Source of the DNA: Octopus bimaculoides
Taxonomy: Eukaryota
Reading direction: 5' to 3'
DNA: 63,088 nt
Assembly: GCF_001194135.2 (NCBI RefSeq)
Contig: NC_068982.1
Location: 61,786,524-61,849,611, forward strand
Made by a program: the position numbers and the translations under genes. Positions 38,720 to 52,205 of this stretch are shown here, in pieces (the first letter of the stretch is position 1; each line of letters opens with the position of its first letter). Under the pieces are notes generated by a model. That model had not been told where the DNA came from. It made no database searches and saw nothing but the letters and a program-made list of their open reading frames with translations.

Positions 38720-39125
38720 AACATACTACATCACACACCCAACATAAAATAGAGCTAGAGAGAAAAATATTAGCAGATAATACACTCATACTTAATAGAA
38801 TTCCCCACAGTACCAGATGGTTTATAATAGAAGCAATTTTCATATTTTACATACACATGTCAAGCAACATACACATATCAAAAACAAGAGAAGCACATCA
38901 CTAATGACATATAACTCTAATGTCCAAAATATGAACCCAAAGGTGAAGAAATCTAATGGCCAGAATATGAATCTGATGACGTTGAACTCTAATGGTTTAG
39001 TAGTTAAATTCTGGCTGTAAACTCTGCATAAGCAGAAGCCACTCACCATAAAAGAAGGGGGCTGTAGAATCCAATGCTACTCCATATCCTGAAGATAAGG
39101 CTGAGATAGCCTGGAAATGTTGGTT
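38720..39125 (+). mobile_element. Penelope-like 3' remnant (endonuclease C-terminus + decayed hammerhead at 39086-39125)
   Basis: ILADNTLILNRIPHSTRWFIIEAIFI resembles a PLE EN end; downstream ATC-CTGAAGA-T-AAGGCT-gagat-AGCCTG-GAAAT-GTT/GGT. Confidence 0.45.
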
Positions 39126-39264
39126 AAAATGAATACAAGTAATTAGCTGTTCCAAAAAAATTACAAAGTCTGATACACAGCCAGCGAAAAAAATCTGTAT
39201 TAAAAGAGGCTAAACTGGAACATTGTACTGTTTCCAATTACTGGCTCTCCATCAATTATGACAA

Positions 39265-39563
39265 CAAGGGTTCCTGCCGATCCGATCAATGGAACTGCCT
39301 GCTCATGAAATTAATGTTCGAGTGGCTGAGCACTCCACAAACATGTGTACCCTTAATTTAGTTCTCAGAGATTCAGCATGATTCAGAATGTGACAAGCCC
39401 CACTCCTTTGAAATACAGTTGCTACTCATTTTTGCCAGCTGAGTGGACTGGAGCAATATGAAATAAAATGTCTTGCCTAAGGACACAATGCGTAACTGAA
39501 ATTGAACTCACAACTTTGTGATCACGAGCTAAATACCCTAACCACTATGCCACATGCCTTCAC
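39265..39563 (-). mobile_element. SINE family C copy
   Basis: Reverse complement of the gtgaaggcatgtggcatagtggttagggtattt head and shared core; body shared with 43605-43935. Confidence 0.75.
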
Positions 39564-39796
39564 ACTGTTTCCAATATGTCATGCATCAAAGAAAAGCTGA
39601 ACTGACACTTTAGTTTTCCTAATGTGACACCTAGGTTTTCTGCACCAGAAGAACTTTGATCTTATTCAAGACTACAATTCAAGCTTGGGTTGGGGTATTT
39701 CCAATGCAGGACTCAGCCTGAGTGTGAGGCTGTCTATAATCTTCAATTGTTGTCTTGAGTAAAATTGAAATTCATTTAGTGTTGAAAGTTCAGATA

Positions 39797-39958
39797 GGCG
39801 CAGGAGTGGCTGTGTGGTAAGTAGCTTGCTTACCAACCACATGGTTCTGGGTTCAGTCCCACTGCGTGGCACCTTGGGCAAGTGTCTTCTACTATAGCCT
39901 CGGGCCGACCAAAGCCTTGTGAGTGGATTTGGTAGACGGAAACTGAAAGAAGCCTGTC

Positions 39959-40025
<67 letters not shown>

Positions 40026-40230
40026 TGTGTCTGTGTTTGTCCCCCCACCATCGCTTGACAACCGATGCTGGTGTATTTACATCCTCGTAACTTAGCGGTT
40101 TGGCAAAAAGAGAGCGATAGAATAAGTACTAGGCTTCCAAAGAATAAGTCCTGGGGTCGATTTGCTCAACTAAAGGCGCTGCTCCAGCATGGCCGCAGTC
40201 AAATGATGGAAACAAGTAAAAGAGAGAGTA
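39797..40230 (+). mobile_element. Young composite SINE family A (CpG-rich reference-like copy)
   Basis: ggctgtgtggtaagtagcttgc...gaagcctgtcg (TA)n(TG)n tttgtgtgtctgtgtttgtcccc...gcagtcaaatgatggaaacaagtaaaagag. Confidence 0.9.
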
Positions 40231-40597
40231 AAAAGTGTATATCATATTGGTAAAAACAATATTTGGGTCTAGTGAAAAGCAAACTATAATCCAAATAAAC
40301 TTGCTTCAAAAAGTCCACTCTTACATTGCCAAATATTGTATTTTGCAAAATGTAATGCTTGGCAGGCACACAATATGAGAGTGAACCATTTGATGCACGT
40401 CTGATGAAGTGCCAGTCTAGTGTTTGAAACTGCAAATATTACATAACTTTTCATACGGAACATTTGTATGCAATGCTGTTAAAAACAGAGTTGTACAGAA
40501 ACAATTATAACTGGTCATTAAAGATGTGCTAAACTCTTCTTGTGTGGAGTATATATATGTGTGTATATATATACACACACACACACACATGAAATTT

Positions 40598-40960
40598 TTC
40601 GAGCGAGATCATTGCCAGTGCCTCTGAACTGGCTCTTGTGCGGGGCCGTCGTAGGATTTTTGAGCGAAATCGTTGCCAGTGCCCCTGGACTGGCTCTTGT
40701 GTGGGTGACACATGAAATGCACCATTTTGAGCGTGGCCGTTGCCAGTACCGCCTGACTGGCCTTCGTGCGGGTGACACGTAAAAGCACCCACTACACTCT
40801 CTGAGTGGTTGGCGTTAGGAAGGGCACCCAGCTGTAGAAACTCTACCAAATCAGATTGGAGCCTGGTGTAGCCATCTGGTTTCACCAGTCCTCAGTCAAA
40901 TCATCCAACCCATGCTAGCATGGAAAGCGGACGTTAAACGATGATGATGATGATGATGAT
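40598..40960 (+). mobile_element. RTE-type 3' UTR/tail element with three ~62-bp internal units, ending in (GAT)n
   Basis: Ends ccaacccatgctagcatggaaagcggacgttaaacgatgatgatg. The same tail occurs at 1127-1270, 6120-6245, 9049-9184, 28750-28940, 33650-33815 and 56040-56200. Confidence 0.8.
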
Positions 40961-41796
40961 ATGTATGNNNNNNNNNNNNNNNNNNNNNNNNNNNNNNNNN
41001 NNNNNNNNNNNNNNNNNNNNNNNNNNNNNNNNNNNNNNNNNNNNNNNNNNNNNNNNNNNNNNNNNNNNNNNNNNNNNNNNNNNNNNNNNNNNNNNNNNNN
41101 NNNNNNNNNNNNNNNNNNNNNNNNNNNNNNNNNNNNNNNNNNNNNNNNNNNNNNNNNNNNNNNNNNNNNNNNNNNNNNNNNNNNNNNNNNNNNNNNNNNN
41201 NNNNNNNNNNNNNNNNNNNNNNNNNNNNNNNNNNNNNNNNNNNNNNNNNNNNNNNNNNNNNNNNNNNNNNNNNNNNNNNNNNNNNNNNNNNNNNNNNNNN
41301 NNNNNNNNNNNNNNNNNNNNNNNNNNNNNNNNNNNNNNNNNNNNNNNNNNNNNNNNNNNNNNNNNNNNNNNNNNNNNNNNNNNNNNNNNNNNNNNNNNNN
41401 NNNNNNNNNNNNNNNNNNNNNNNNNNNNNNNNNNNNNNNNNNNNNNNNNNNNNNNNNNNNNNNNNNNNNNNNNNNNNNNNNNNNNNNNNNNNNNNNNNNN
41501 NNNNNNNNNNNNNNNNNNNNNNNNNNNNNNNNNNNNNNNNNNNNNNNNNNNNNNNNNNNNNNNNNNNNNNNNNNNNNNNNNNNNNNNNNNNNNNNNNNNN
41601 NNNNNNNNNNNNNNNNNNNNNNNNNNNNNNNNNNNNNNNNNNNNNNNNNNNNNNNNNNNNNNNNNNNNNNNNNNNNNNNNNNNNNNNNNNNNNNNNNNNA
41701 CGAAAGCTGCTGTGAATTGCGATGGCTTCTTGGAGCTAATTCACGGCAGCTTTCGTCCTAATTTTGGGACTGCTATGTTGGCTTGGCGATAACTAT

Positions 41797-41828
<32 letters not shown>

Positions 41829-41829
41829 C

Positions 41830-42230
41830 TTTTATCCTTTACCTGTTTCAGTCATTAGACTGCAGCCATGCTGGGGCACCGCTTTGAATTTTTAGTCGAA
41901 TGAATCCATCCCAGTATTTATTTTTTAAGCTTGGTACTTATTTTATCAGTATCTTTTGCCAAACTGCTATGTTAAAGAAATATAAACGCACCAACACCAG
42001 TTGTCAAATGGTGATGTGGGGACAAACACACACACACATAGATGTATATACATATATATATATATGATGGGTTTCTTTCAGTTTCCGTCTACCAAATCCA
42101 CTCACAAGGCGTTGGTTGGCCTGAGGCTATAATAAAAGACACCTGCCCAAGGTGCCATGCAGTCGGACTGAACCCAGAACCACATGATTGGGAAGCAAGC
42201 TTCTTACTACACAACCACTCCTGCACCTAT
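41830..42230 (-). mobile_element. Composite SINE family A
   Basis: Reverse complement of the full head, microsatellite and right module. Confidence 0.8.
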
Positions 42231-42234
42231 AATA

Positions 42235-42448
42235 TGAGGTGAGTGTTGAAAAGTTCCTGGCCTTGGATAAAAGAAAATACAGGAGGCTCAGCTAATTATG
42301 ATTTTATTCAGCATATTCCCGTCAGATTCACACACCTATTTCAGAGATTCTTCTGTTTTTCTAAGCCCTGTACAAGAACTTGGAAGGTTGGCCTCCAACC
42401 AGGCCTTTTGTGATACCCTTAAAGCCAGGAACTTTCCAGCACCCCCTC

Positions 42449-42449
<1 letters not shown>
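42235..42449. mobile_element. Mariner-type MITE
   Basis: Imperfect ~30-bp TIRs tgaggtgagtgttgaaaagttcctggcctt / aaagccaggaactttccagcaccccctcg; TA-like flanks. Confidence 0.65.
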
Positions 42450-42502
<53 letters not shown>

Positions 42503-42692
42503 GCACACATACATATCCATCTATGTGTGTGTGTGTATTTGATATCATCTTTCATTATTCTTTTGCCAAAGGTATGTTAATCTCCAAATACCCAAATATA
42601 TGTTGAAGTGTAAACTATTATTTTGCCTTCCTTCTGTTTTCATTCCTTTCAAATTAGCATTGTGTTAGGTTTTAAACCATTCCAACTGATGC

Positions 42693-42730
<38 letters not shown>

Positions 42731-42842
42731 TATACACACACATACATGTATGCATGCATGTATATGTGTGTGTGTGTGTGTTTGTGTACATATGTATTTA
42801 CACATGTATATGTATATATATGTACGTATGTGTGTATGTATG

Positions 42843-42912
<70 letters not shown>

Positions 42913-43604
42913 CAATAAAATTGCAATGTCTGACATTTTATACAATTAATTGCTGCCTCGAAATAATTATGGATTAAATTAAAAAGAAAAACGTGTTTTT
43001 AAAAAATTTTTTTTACGTTTTACTAATTCATAAACAAAGTCACATTTCTTAACACTACATTAGTTCCAATTAGCAAGACATAAAAGCGATTTTTCACAAC
43101 TCTCTTATCAAATCAGGTAAAATATAATTGCACCAAGCATGATGAAAAAAATACAAAGCTATCATTGTAAAGCATTATTTATCACGCTTAAATATAATTT
43201 GCATAGAACAGAAGCTAAGGCGAAATTTAACAAAAGAGGTCATATGAAAGAATACATTTGTGAATGTAAAGAATTACCAATACACTTAAAAGTTTCAATG
43301 CTATTTTGTATTTGCTCTGAGTTTTGAAAGCTATGAACGGTAAGCAAGTAACTATGCCCTTGATCTTTTACTTGTTTTGGTCATGCTGGAGCACTGCATT
43401 GAAGGGTTTTGCTGAACAAATCAACCCCGAAACTTATTTTTTGTTTCTAAGTCTTGTACTTATTCCATCAATCTCTTTTGGGGACATAAACAAACTACAT
43501 TTTGGGGACGTAAACAAACTAACACCAGTTGTCAAGTGGTGTTGGTAGTGGTGGGGAAAAACATAAAGACACACACGCACACACACGCACACACACACAC
43601 ATTG

Positions 43605-43935
43605 TTGTTGCTGGCACTCCGTCGCTTACAACGTCGAGGGTTCCAGTTGATCCGATCAACGGAACAGCCTGCTTGTGAAATTAATGTGCAAGTGGCTGAG
43701 TACTCCACAGACACGTGTATCCTTAATGTAGTTCTTGGGGATATTCAGCGTGACAGTGTGACAAGGCTGACCCTTTGAATTACAGGCACAACAGAAACAG
43801 GAAGTAAGAGAAAGTTGTGGAGCTTTAGGTGTTTTCGCTCGATAAACACTCACAACGCCCTATCTGGGAATTGAAATCGTGATCCTATGACCGTGAGTCC
43901 GCTGCCCTAACCACTGGGCTATTGCGCCTCCACCA
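43605..43935 (-). mobile_element. SINE family C inserted in the internal microsatellite of a minus-strand family A copy (43350-44125)
   Basis: Family A right module at 43350-43590 and head at 43971-44125 bracket the family C copy. Confidence 0.7.
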
Positions 43936-44154
43936 CACACATACATACATACATAAATATATACATACATATGATGGGCTTCTTTCAACTTCTTTCTACC
44001 AAATGTACTCACAAGGTTTTGGCCAGCTCAAGGCTATACTAAAAGACATTTGTCCATGGTTCCATATAGTGGGACTGAACCTGAAACCATGTGGTTGGGA
44101 AGCAAACATCTTACCACACAGCCACGCCTTTCCATGCATTGTTTAATTATAATG

Positions 44155-44315
44155 GCACAGGTGTGGCTGTGTGGTAAGTAGCTTGCTTACCAACCACATG
44201 GTTCTGGGTTCAGTCCCACTGCGTGGCACCTTGGGCAAGTGTCTTCTACTATAGCCTCGGGCCGACCAAAGCCTTGTGAGTGGATTTGGTAGAACAAACT
44301 GAAAGAAGCCCATTG

Positions 44316-44365
<50 letters not shown>

Positions 44366-44550
44366 TGTGTTTGTCCCCCCAACATCGTTTGACAACCGAT
44401 GCTGTTGTGTTTACATCCCCGTAACTTAGCGGTTCGGCAAAGGAAACTGATAGAATAAGTACTAGGCTTACTCCTGAGGTCAATATGCTCAACTAAAGGT
44501 GGTGCTCCAGTATGGCCGCAGTCAAATGACTGAAACAAGTAAAAAAAACA
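44155..44550 (+). mobile_element. Composite SINE family A
   Basis: Full head, microsatellite and right module. Confidence 0.85.
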
Positions 44551-44749
44551 AAAAAAACCCTGAGATGCTCATTTCATTAACACTTCTGAAAATATATTCG
44601 AATGAAATTAACTGTTTATATGTTTCAATTAATATTTTAGAAATAATCAAAGGTATTGGAGAGGTAGAATCATTAGAGTAATGGAGACAATTCTTTATGT
44701 TCTTAGTTTAATTTTACCTCCAATCCTTGTGAGTTGGTAAAATAAAGTA

Positions 44750-44961
44750 CTGTATTTTCTGGCATACAAGTAGTACATAGTGTATTCATGTAGTGTGCAT
44801 TTATAAATATTCAAACATTGTTACTAACTTTCCAAATTGTGCTGCATTTCACATTGAATTTTTGGTTCTCCATAGTCATCTTGGTGTATAAACTGACCAA
44901 CCATTTTTTTGGCTGTAAATTTTGGTCTGAAAAAAATCAACTTGTATACCAGAAAATACAG
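44750..44961. mobile_element. Tc1/mariner-pogo-type MITE
   Basis: 21-bp TIRs CTGTATTTTCTGGCATACAAG / CTTGTATACCAGAAAATACAG (20/21), flanked by TA. Confidence 0.8.
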
Positions 44962-45555
44962 TATTGTTTTTAGGCATATATAATATGTACTCATATACAA
45001 TGTGCATCACTAATTGTAGGCTATGAGATCTTAGGCAAAGGATGTCTCTCTTTAATAATATACTCTTATTATGATGTATAGAAAAAGCATTTTTTGTGAG
45101 ATTTATAATTGCTATAGAAATTAAATCTAAAAGTTCACATATAAATAAAACAAAAAGCAAATTTGAAAGTGACCTTTGAACTGTACTGGTGTAGATTGTA
45201 AAGTCAATATTATGGAAATGAAAGTTGTAATTTTTCAAATTTTTTTCATTTAGAATCTTAAACAACATATAAAAAGCTTCCAATATTTTGTATACAATTT
45301 TGTGGGACATAAATTGTGTTGGCATATATATATATATATATATATCATCTAATTTCAGTACAAATTTCTGCCTAGATAAAAGCTGTATTTTATTGCTATC
45401 GATGTCAATTTTATTTTCTGATTACTTCATATCAACATTTATGAGCTAAATTTTGCTGGCAAACATGGGTCCTGTGGAATTATTACCTTCAACCTTTAGT
45501 ATGGAAGGTTATAAAAGACGCAATGCAGAATATAAACACTTTCAGTATATTTCCA

Positions 45556-45725
45556 AGGTGGTGAGCTGGCAGAATTGTTAGTATGTTGGATAAAATACTA
45601 AGTGGCATTTCTTTTGACTCTTTATGTTCTGAGAAATTCTGCCAAGGTTGACTTTGCCTTTCATCCTTTCAGGGCTGATAAAACAAGTATCAGTTGCTAT
45701 CCTTGCACCGATATTTGAAACCATT
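45556..45725 (+). mobile_element. SINE family B copy
   Basis: ggtggtgagctggcagaattgttag head; gttgactttgcctttcatcctttcagggctgataaaacaagtatcag core. Confidence 0.75.
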
Positions 45726-46004
45726 GTATGTCCATTTAAATACTTACAAAGTTTAACTTATGTCTGAATGGCTACAAACTTTACTGGGTAAAGTGGATTA
45801 CATTTTACTCTCATATCTAATGTATATTCCTAACACTTAAGCTTAAAAATCAGGGAAAAACATACATGATACACAAATAAATACACTGCCAGTCAAATAA
45901 TGAGAACAGTTTAAATTCCTAAATTGCATTCTATATGTGAAGATAAGACAAAAATTAGGAAGTATTTAGTAAAGTAACTGATTTTTTCATTATTAACCTG
46001 GTGT

Positions 46005-46220
46005 AAAGCATGAGCCGGCAGAACCGCTTGCATGCCTGACAAAATGCTTAGTGGCATTCTGTCTGTCTTTACGTTCTGAGTTCAAATTCCACTGAGGTTG
46101 ACTTTGCCTTTCATTCTTTTGGTGTTGATAAAATAAGTGCCAGTTAACTGGGGTCAATGTAATCAATTTCCCCCTCCCTTCAAAAACTGCTGGCCCTGTG
46201 CCAAAATTTGAAACTATTAT
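46005..46220 (+). mobile_element. SINE family B copy
   Basis: gagccggcagaacc...gagttcaaattcc (B box)...gttgactttgcctttcattc...ctggggtcaatgtaatcaat. Confidence 0.8.
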
Positions 46221-47452
46221 TAACCTGGCGTTTGGAACATAACTAAACAATAAGTTCTTATTTAAAAATCATAATGGAAAGCTTTCATTTAAATATGAAT
46301 ATTTTTTTTAACTGCAACTTTTCTAATATAAAACCAGAAGTTGGTATCAAAGAGTTAACTCTTGCAAATATAGCTGCTAATATTTGCTATTGAGCTACTT
46401 GCCCTACCATTAACTGATGGAACATATTATAGATGTAAAGATAATTGATGAAATTTAGAGGAGATATTAAAAACATAAATCACATAATATGGTTTAGGGT
46501 CAGTGACTAAAGTCTCACATTTATTTCCATTTTATCAATAAATTATATTATAGATTTATTATAGATATGAGAAATTGGAGGAAGTTACTGACAACTTTTA
46601 TCATTTAAGTATCATTTAAGTATCTTGGAGAATTTTACTGAGATACTTAAAATTATATTGTATTGTAAGGCAAAAAAATATATTTGTTTGGAATTCAGTT
46701 TATCTTTTAATATAAACAGCTACTTTTCTTGAAATATATACACTGTTTTATACCAATTACTAAGAAATTTAAGTTTCCTATTTACTGAATGCAGCAAAAG
46801 AAAAACATAGAGACAGCCATTAACATCATCATCATCATTATCATCAACGACATTGTTTTTTTTTAATGTTATTTCTATTTTAATAGAAAAATAGGTTGTT
46901 GTTTAACCCCAGGTCAACCTTGATTAAGTAAATTTATTACCAAAGACATTCCATCCACTCTTCTTTAAGACATTGGCTTGGTAGGGTGATTTAAAGAACA
47001 TTTTGCTACTATTTCTTGCACAATGAGTGTTACTTGGCTTTTAAACAGTATATCTCCATACATCACAGTACTGTAAGGGCTGACTTGCCAAAAATCTTTG
47101 TACAATATTTTGCCAGGTAACCTTCCAGTATTTTTTAAAGCCATATCTTAGAAATGTGGAATGGTAGAAAGTGTAAAATCCCTTACAACATTTTTCTTTC
47201 TTTTCTTCTTTATTCAAATCTCAATGGGGTTAACTTTTCCTTTCATCTCTCCAGATATGACATTGTTTGGGAATATGGGATTGTTGTTTGTGAGATCAGA
47301 AAAGACTAGATTCAAAGATAAATAGTGTTAGCACAATTTGCAAAAAATATTCTGACAGGAGTCACAACAAGAACTTGTGTGCTTTTGAAAAATAACACAA
47401 AGAATGTGCAAGATTGCATAAAAAAAAGTGGAAAGATTTGAAATAGATATTG

Positions 47453-47453
47453 C

Positions 47454-47519
<66 letters not shown>

Positions 47520-47532
47520 GTGATGATGGTGG

Positions 47533-47581
<49 letters not shown>

Positions 47582-47628
47582 AATTATGATGATGAGAATG
47601 ATGATGATGATGATGATGATAATAATAA
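47453..47628. repeat. Compound (AAT)n-(GAT)n microsatellite
   Basis: Direct reading. Confidence 0.95.
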
Positions 47629-48661
47629 TCTCTCCTGAGTTGATAAAATAAAATTGACCTTAGCTGATTCAATCAGTTCTGTTTGCTCTCTTCAAATGTT
47701 TGGCCTTGATCCAATCTAGGAAATCAATATTATAAATCTGATGAAAGTTGGTGGAATGGAAAAAAGAGTACAGATAACTAGTTTTACAGTATTTAGTTTC
47801 GTTCTTTTCATATTCTAAGTTCATATCCTGCTAAAGTCATATTTCTTGGGTTTATATATCAAGTAAAAGATACTGCATTTCAACTAACTTTTTTTTTTTT
47901 ACAACAAGTAGCTAATCTTTAGTAAGTATTATAATTCTTTATTATGAATTTGTTAATCTTACACTGTTGTTCTTATGTCATTAAGGTACCCTAATTGAGA
48001 TACTGTTGTTATCCATTTAGAGTATGGTACCACCCTAGTTGATGACCTCAAATATATACTGACACATTGTTGATGGTTTTTTTTTATTGACTGCAAAAAT
48101 ATGAAAAGCCATGTCAAATTCATAAGAATTTAAATTTTAAAAAATTAAACCTTATTTCACATAAAGATTGTTTAGCTTCGCAAAGTTTCAAGAAGTTACA
48201 GAATTGTATTAAATATTGTTTTGAGGGATTCCGGTTTGTTAGTTTTAAGAGTAAGTTAGTTTCTACCTCAAGGCTACAGTTTATAATTCCTATATTCTAG
48301 CATTCACTTTGTATTGGTTCATTGAATTAGTTTCTTCCTAACAGAAGATTTCTTCTATCAGACATCAAACAGAAGTAAGAACATTACTAGATTTTGCCCG
48401 CTGGTTGTAACTAATCAGATCTGTTTGGCACATGAGTTGCCAATCAAATTATTAACAGCAACACACAAAATTATCACAGCTAACACACTAAAGCTTTTGA
48501 TCATGTATTGTCTTAATATATTAGTTGTTGTTCATCCTAAATAAAGAAGATAGTTGTTTTGTCAGGATTCAGTTTTCAGAACAATTATCTGTTAAGCAGT
48601 TTTCTTAAGTTATATTGATTTACTACAACAGGATTACATAATCAGCATCTTGCCTTTAAAC

Positions 48662-48806
48662 CAGTCATAGGCAGTCTGCAACCTGCAGGACCTTCTGAAT
48701 GGTATGCTTAACAAAAAATTACCTTGAAAGTTTTCAGGTTTGTGGCCCACCTGATGACAAGCCACATCTCATGCAGCCTACTTCTCAAAAAGGTTGCTCA
48801 TACCTG
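48662..48806. mobile_element. hAT-type MITE
   Basis: Degenerate CAG...CTG TIRs (10/16) and 8-bp flanks ctttaaac / ctttaaat (7/8). Confidence 0.55.
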
Positions 48807-50056
48807 CTTTAAATTTTTACTTAACAACTTGTCCAACACTGTATATAATCACATTTGAATACCAAACTCCAAAAATTAATTATGTAAAAACTTACTGCTG
48901 TGATCCCAGCCATAGATAATTATATTAATGGGTGGAAAATTCTTTCTTCTAGACTTTTATAGGTTTCAGTGATTGAACTTTAGTTATGCTTGGACATTGG
49001 TTTCAAGAGTAGAGTAAAATATATTCCTTTCAATCTTGGAACAAGGAAAACTAAAGTGGACCTAGACAAAATTTGAGCTTGGAATATAAAAGAATGCAAT
49101 CAAATACCACTAGATATTTTGCTTAATACTCTACTAATTCTGCCATCCAGTATTGTACATGTATTTTACTTCTGCCAAAATCTTGATTATTTTGGAAGTT
49201 TATGGAAATGCATAAGTTAGAAATATAATTAATAAAGAGCTTAATTAATTGTGGAAATGCTGTTTGAATTGGATCATTGCATTTTGTTGCTGATCTGGCT
49301 CTGATAATTTAATTTATGTTAAGTATTAGTATTTTGTCTCAGATAAAGATTACAAACAAGCAATAACTATCAAATTATTCAAAGCTTTAGCTGAAATCAT
49401 TGAGGTTAACTGTAGCCCTTGCTCTTGAGGAACTGATTTGCTTTTAGGAAAATTTAGTTGTATTTACAGTTCAGATGATTTTCATCATAAAGATTTCCTC
49501 ATTGACTTACGTGTTTAGATTATGATAATTAAGATAATTCCCTTCACAAGCTACTGACACTAAAAAGTGGGGTATAGCTATGGAGTAATTAGTGTTAAGC
49601 TAAGAGATGGACTTTCTTTATAGATGATACATTATCTATTTCACACACTATAAATGCAATATATGGGGAGATGAAATGCAAGAGTCACAGCTAGAAACAT
49701 TGATCATGATGTCATTCCATTGCTTGTCCTTGCCTTTGCTGTACAGTAGGGGAGATGGGTGAGCATGAAGGTGACATGAAATACCATAAGATTGGATAGG
49801 GAATCTGTATAGACATATGCAAGTTCTGATGACCCTCCAAATACCACAAAGCCATTGCTGGGCTGTACCTCATTGTAGGGATAGAGAGCATAAGTAATTA
49901 GATATGTGTTGCAGGCAAAAAATACAGTTGTCATATATGTGATGGTGAAAGCCACTTGAAAGCTGGTATCTAGAGAAGCTGGTAAAACTGAGGTATTAAG
50001 AAAGCAGTGGATAACAGTACAAGCAGTAATAACATAAGTTTCCTGCATAAAAAGAT

Positions 50057-50880
50057 CATCATCATCATTTAGTGTCTGTTTTTCATGCTGGAATGGGTTA
50101 AATGGTTTGACTGGAACTGATAAGCCAGGGAGCTGCACTATATTCCAGTCTGCTTTGGCTTGGTTTCTATGACTGGATGCCCTTCCTAATGCCAGTCACT
50201 CCCACTCCACAGAGTGTACTTGGTGCCTTTTATGTGCCACTAGCAGGGGTGCATTTCATGTGTCACTGACATGGGTGCCTTTTATGTGTCACTGGCACTA
50301 CCCACGACTATGATTTCACTTAGCTCGAGGTATCTACTCAAGCACAATAAATCACCAAAAGTCTGTCACTTGTTGTTTCCTCTGTAAGACTCAACGTTTG
50401 AAGGTCATATTTTACCACCTCATCCCATGTCTACCTGGGTCTACCTCTTCTACAGGTTCCCTCCACAGTTAGAGATCAGCACTTCTTTATACAGCTGTCC
50501 TTGTCCATATGCTTCACATGGCCATACCAGTGCAATCTTCTCTCTTGCACACTTCATCTGATCATTCTCATGCCCAATTTTCCTCTTAAGACATTTACAC
50601 TCTGTTGTATGTGCATGCTGATATTGCACATCTAGTGGAGCATATTAGCTTCATTTCTTTCAAGCCTCTGCATGTCTTCTGTAGTTATAGCCCATGTTTC
50701 ACTGCCATGAGCATGACTGTGTGTACACAAGCATCATACAATCTGCCTTTCACTCTGACAGAGAGGCCCTTTGTTACCAACAAAGGTAGCAACCTTCTCA
50801 GCTTTGCCTAACCCATTTTTATTCTAGCAGCTACACTCTCAGAGCATCCTCCTCCACTGCTGACTCGGTCACCTATTCTT
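50057..50880 (-). mobile_element. RTE LINE 3' fragment with tail
   Basis: Same sequence family as 1420-2230 (ttgttaccaacaaaggtag, atctgcctttcactc, catgtttcactgccatg), ending in (ATG)n. Confidence 0.8.
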
Positions 50881-52164
50881 TTTGTACATTTCTAGTGTTT
50901 ATTGTACCTACACATCTGTCACGTACAAAAACTGCTTTCTCTGCTATATATTAAAATAGGAATTCCCATACATGAATTTGTACATAATATATTTAACTCA
51001 TTTAGTGAATTTGCTAAAGATACAGGAGATATTTTACCAATTATTTGTGTGATATTGTTAGAATATTGAAAAAATAGTAATAGACAGTAAGTTAACATTG
51101 TTTTATTAAGATATAGGTAAAAAAGAATAAAAGACAAACTAACAGCTGAAAATAAATGTATTTAAATTCTCTGCGTTTCAATGTTAATCATTTGATTTTT
51201 ATGACATATATTAGATGGTTCTTTAAATTTCAATATTCACAATGAAATGAGTTAGTAACATATTTTATTTTACTTTTTCTTTTACTGGTTTGGTCTGGGA
51301 GATGTGACTGTGCATATCACCTTCAGTGGTGTTCAGACACTGATAACATTAATGTAATAATGTTCAAGCTGAGAGCTACGGGAGAAACATGCATGAATTC
51401 CAGAGGGAGGAAGGAATTCTAGGAAGAAAATGTTCTGGAGAGGCAGGATTGGAATTAGTGGTTACTGTGGGACCTTGTTTGTTACAATGTGGATGATGAG
51501 AAGAGAAGAAATGTGTAAATTGAGAGTTTGATACCATTTCTGAAGCAAGTTAACTAGTAATATCTTCAGAAAGGTTTATTTACTGTAGATATTAATGTAT
51601 TATGGATTTTCAACCCTCTAGTCATTAAACTGCAGTGTTACATTATCTAGTAAAATAATCTTGCACTTTTTTTTTTTGAATAATATCTGTAACAAATTCC
51701 TATTTAGAGAGTGACTTCTAATATCTTTTACAAAGGATTCAAAGAAATAACTTGAGTTTATCTTCTTTAAATGTAACCAAAACTGTGTGAAGTTAATAAA
51801 GTGAATGAAATATCTCAAACAAACGTTATAGATAAGGATATTTCTCTCCATAACTCAGTATCTGAAATATATTTCTAATGCTTGAAACAAGAAAAGGGAC
51901 TTAGAATAGTGAAGACACTATGTATTTCTACAACTCTTCTTCACTATTCCTATTTTGAAATTCCCTTTACTTTTATGGGAATAAAATACAGATAACACAT
52001 ACGTACATGCACACATGCACATTCTTTCTACTTGTTTCAGTCACTGGAATGTGGCCATGCTGGGGCACTGCCTTGAAGGGTTTAGTTGAACAAATTGATC
52101 CCACTTCTTATTACTGATACTAATTCTATTAAATTAATAATTCTTTACCCTATATCTATAACAT

Positions 52165-52205
<41 letters not shown>

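Noticed and set aside
40598-40790. Repeat units with hairpins resembling a CRISPR array (also 52780-53050)
   Set aside because: Whole units are homologous with no unique spacers, they lie in an RTE 3' UTR, the context is eukaryotic and there are no cas genes.
47240-47300. Strong-looking splice acceptor (also a possible 23-nt micro-exon at ~53556-53578)
   Set aside because: No convincing frame, homology or partner exons; RNA data would be needed.
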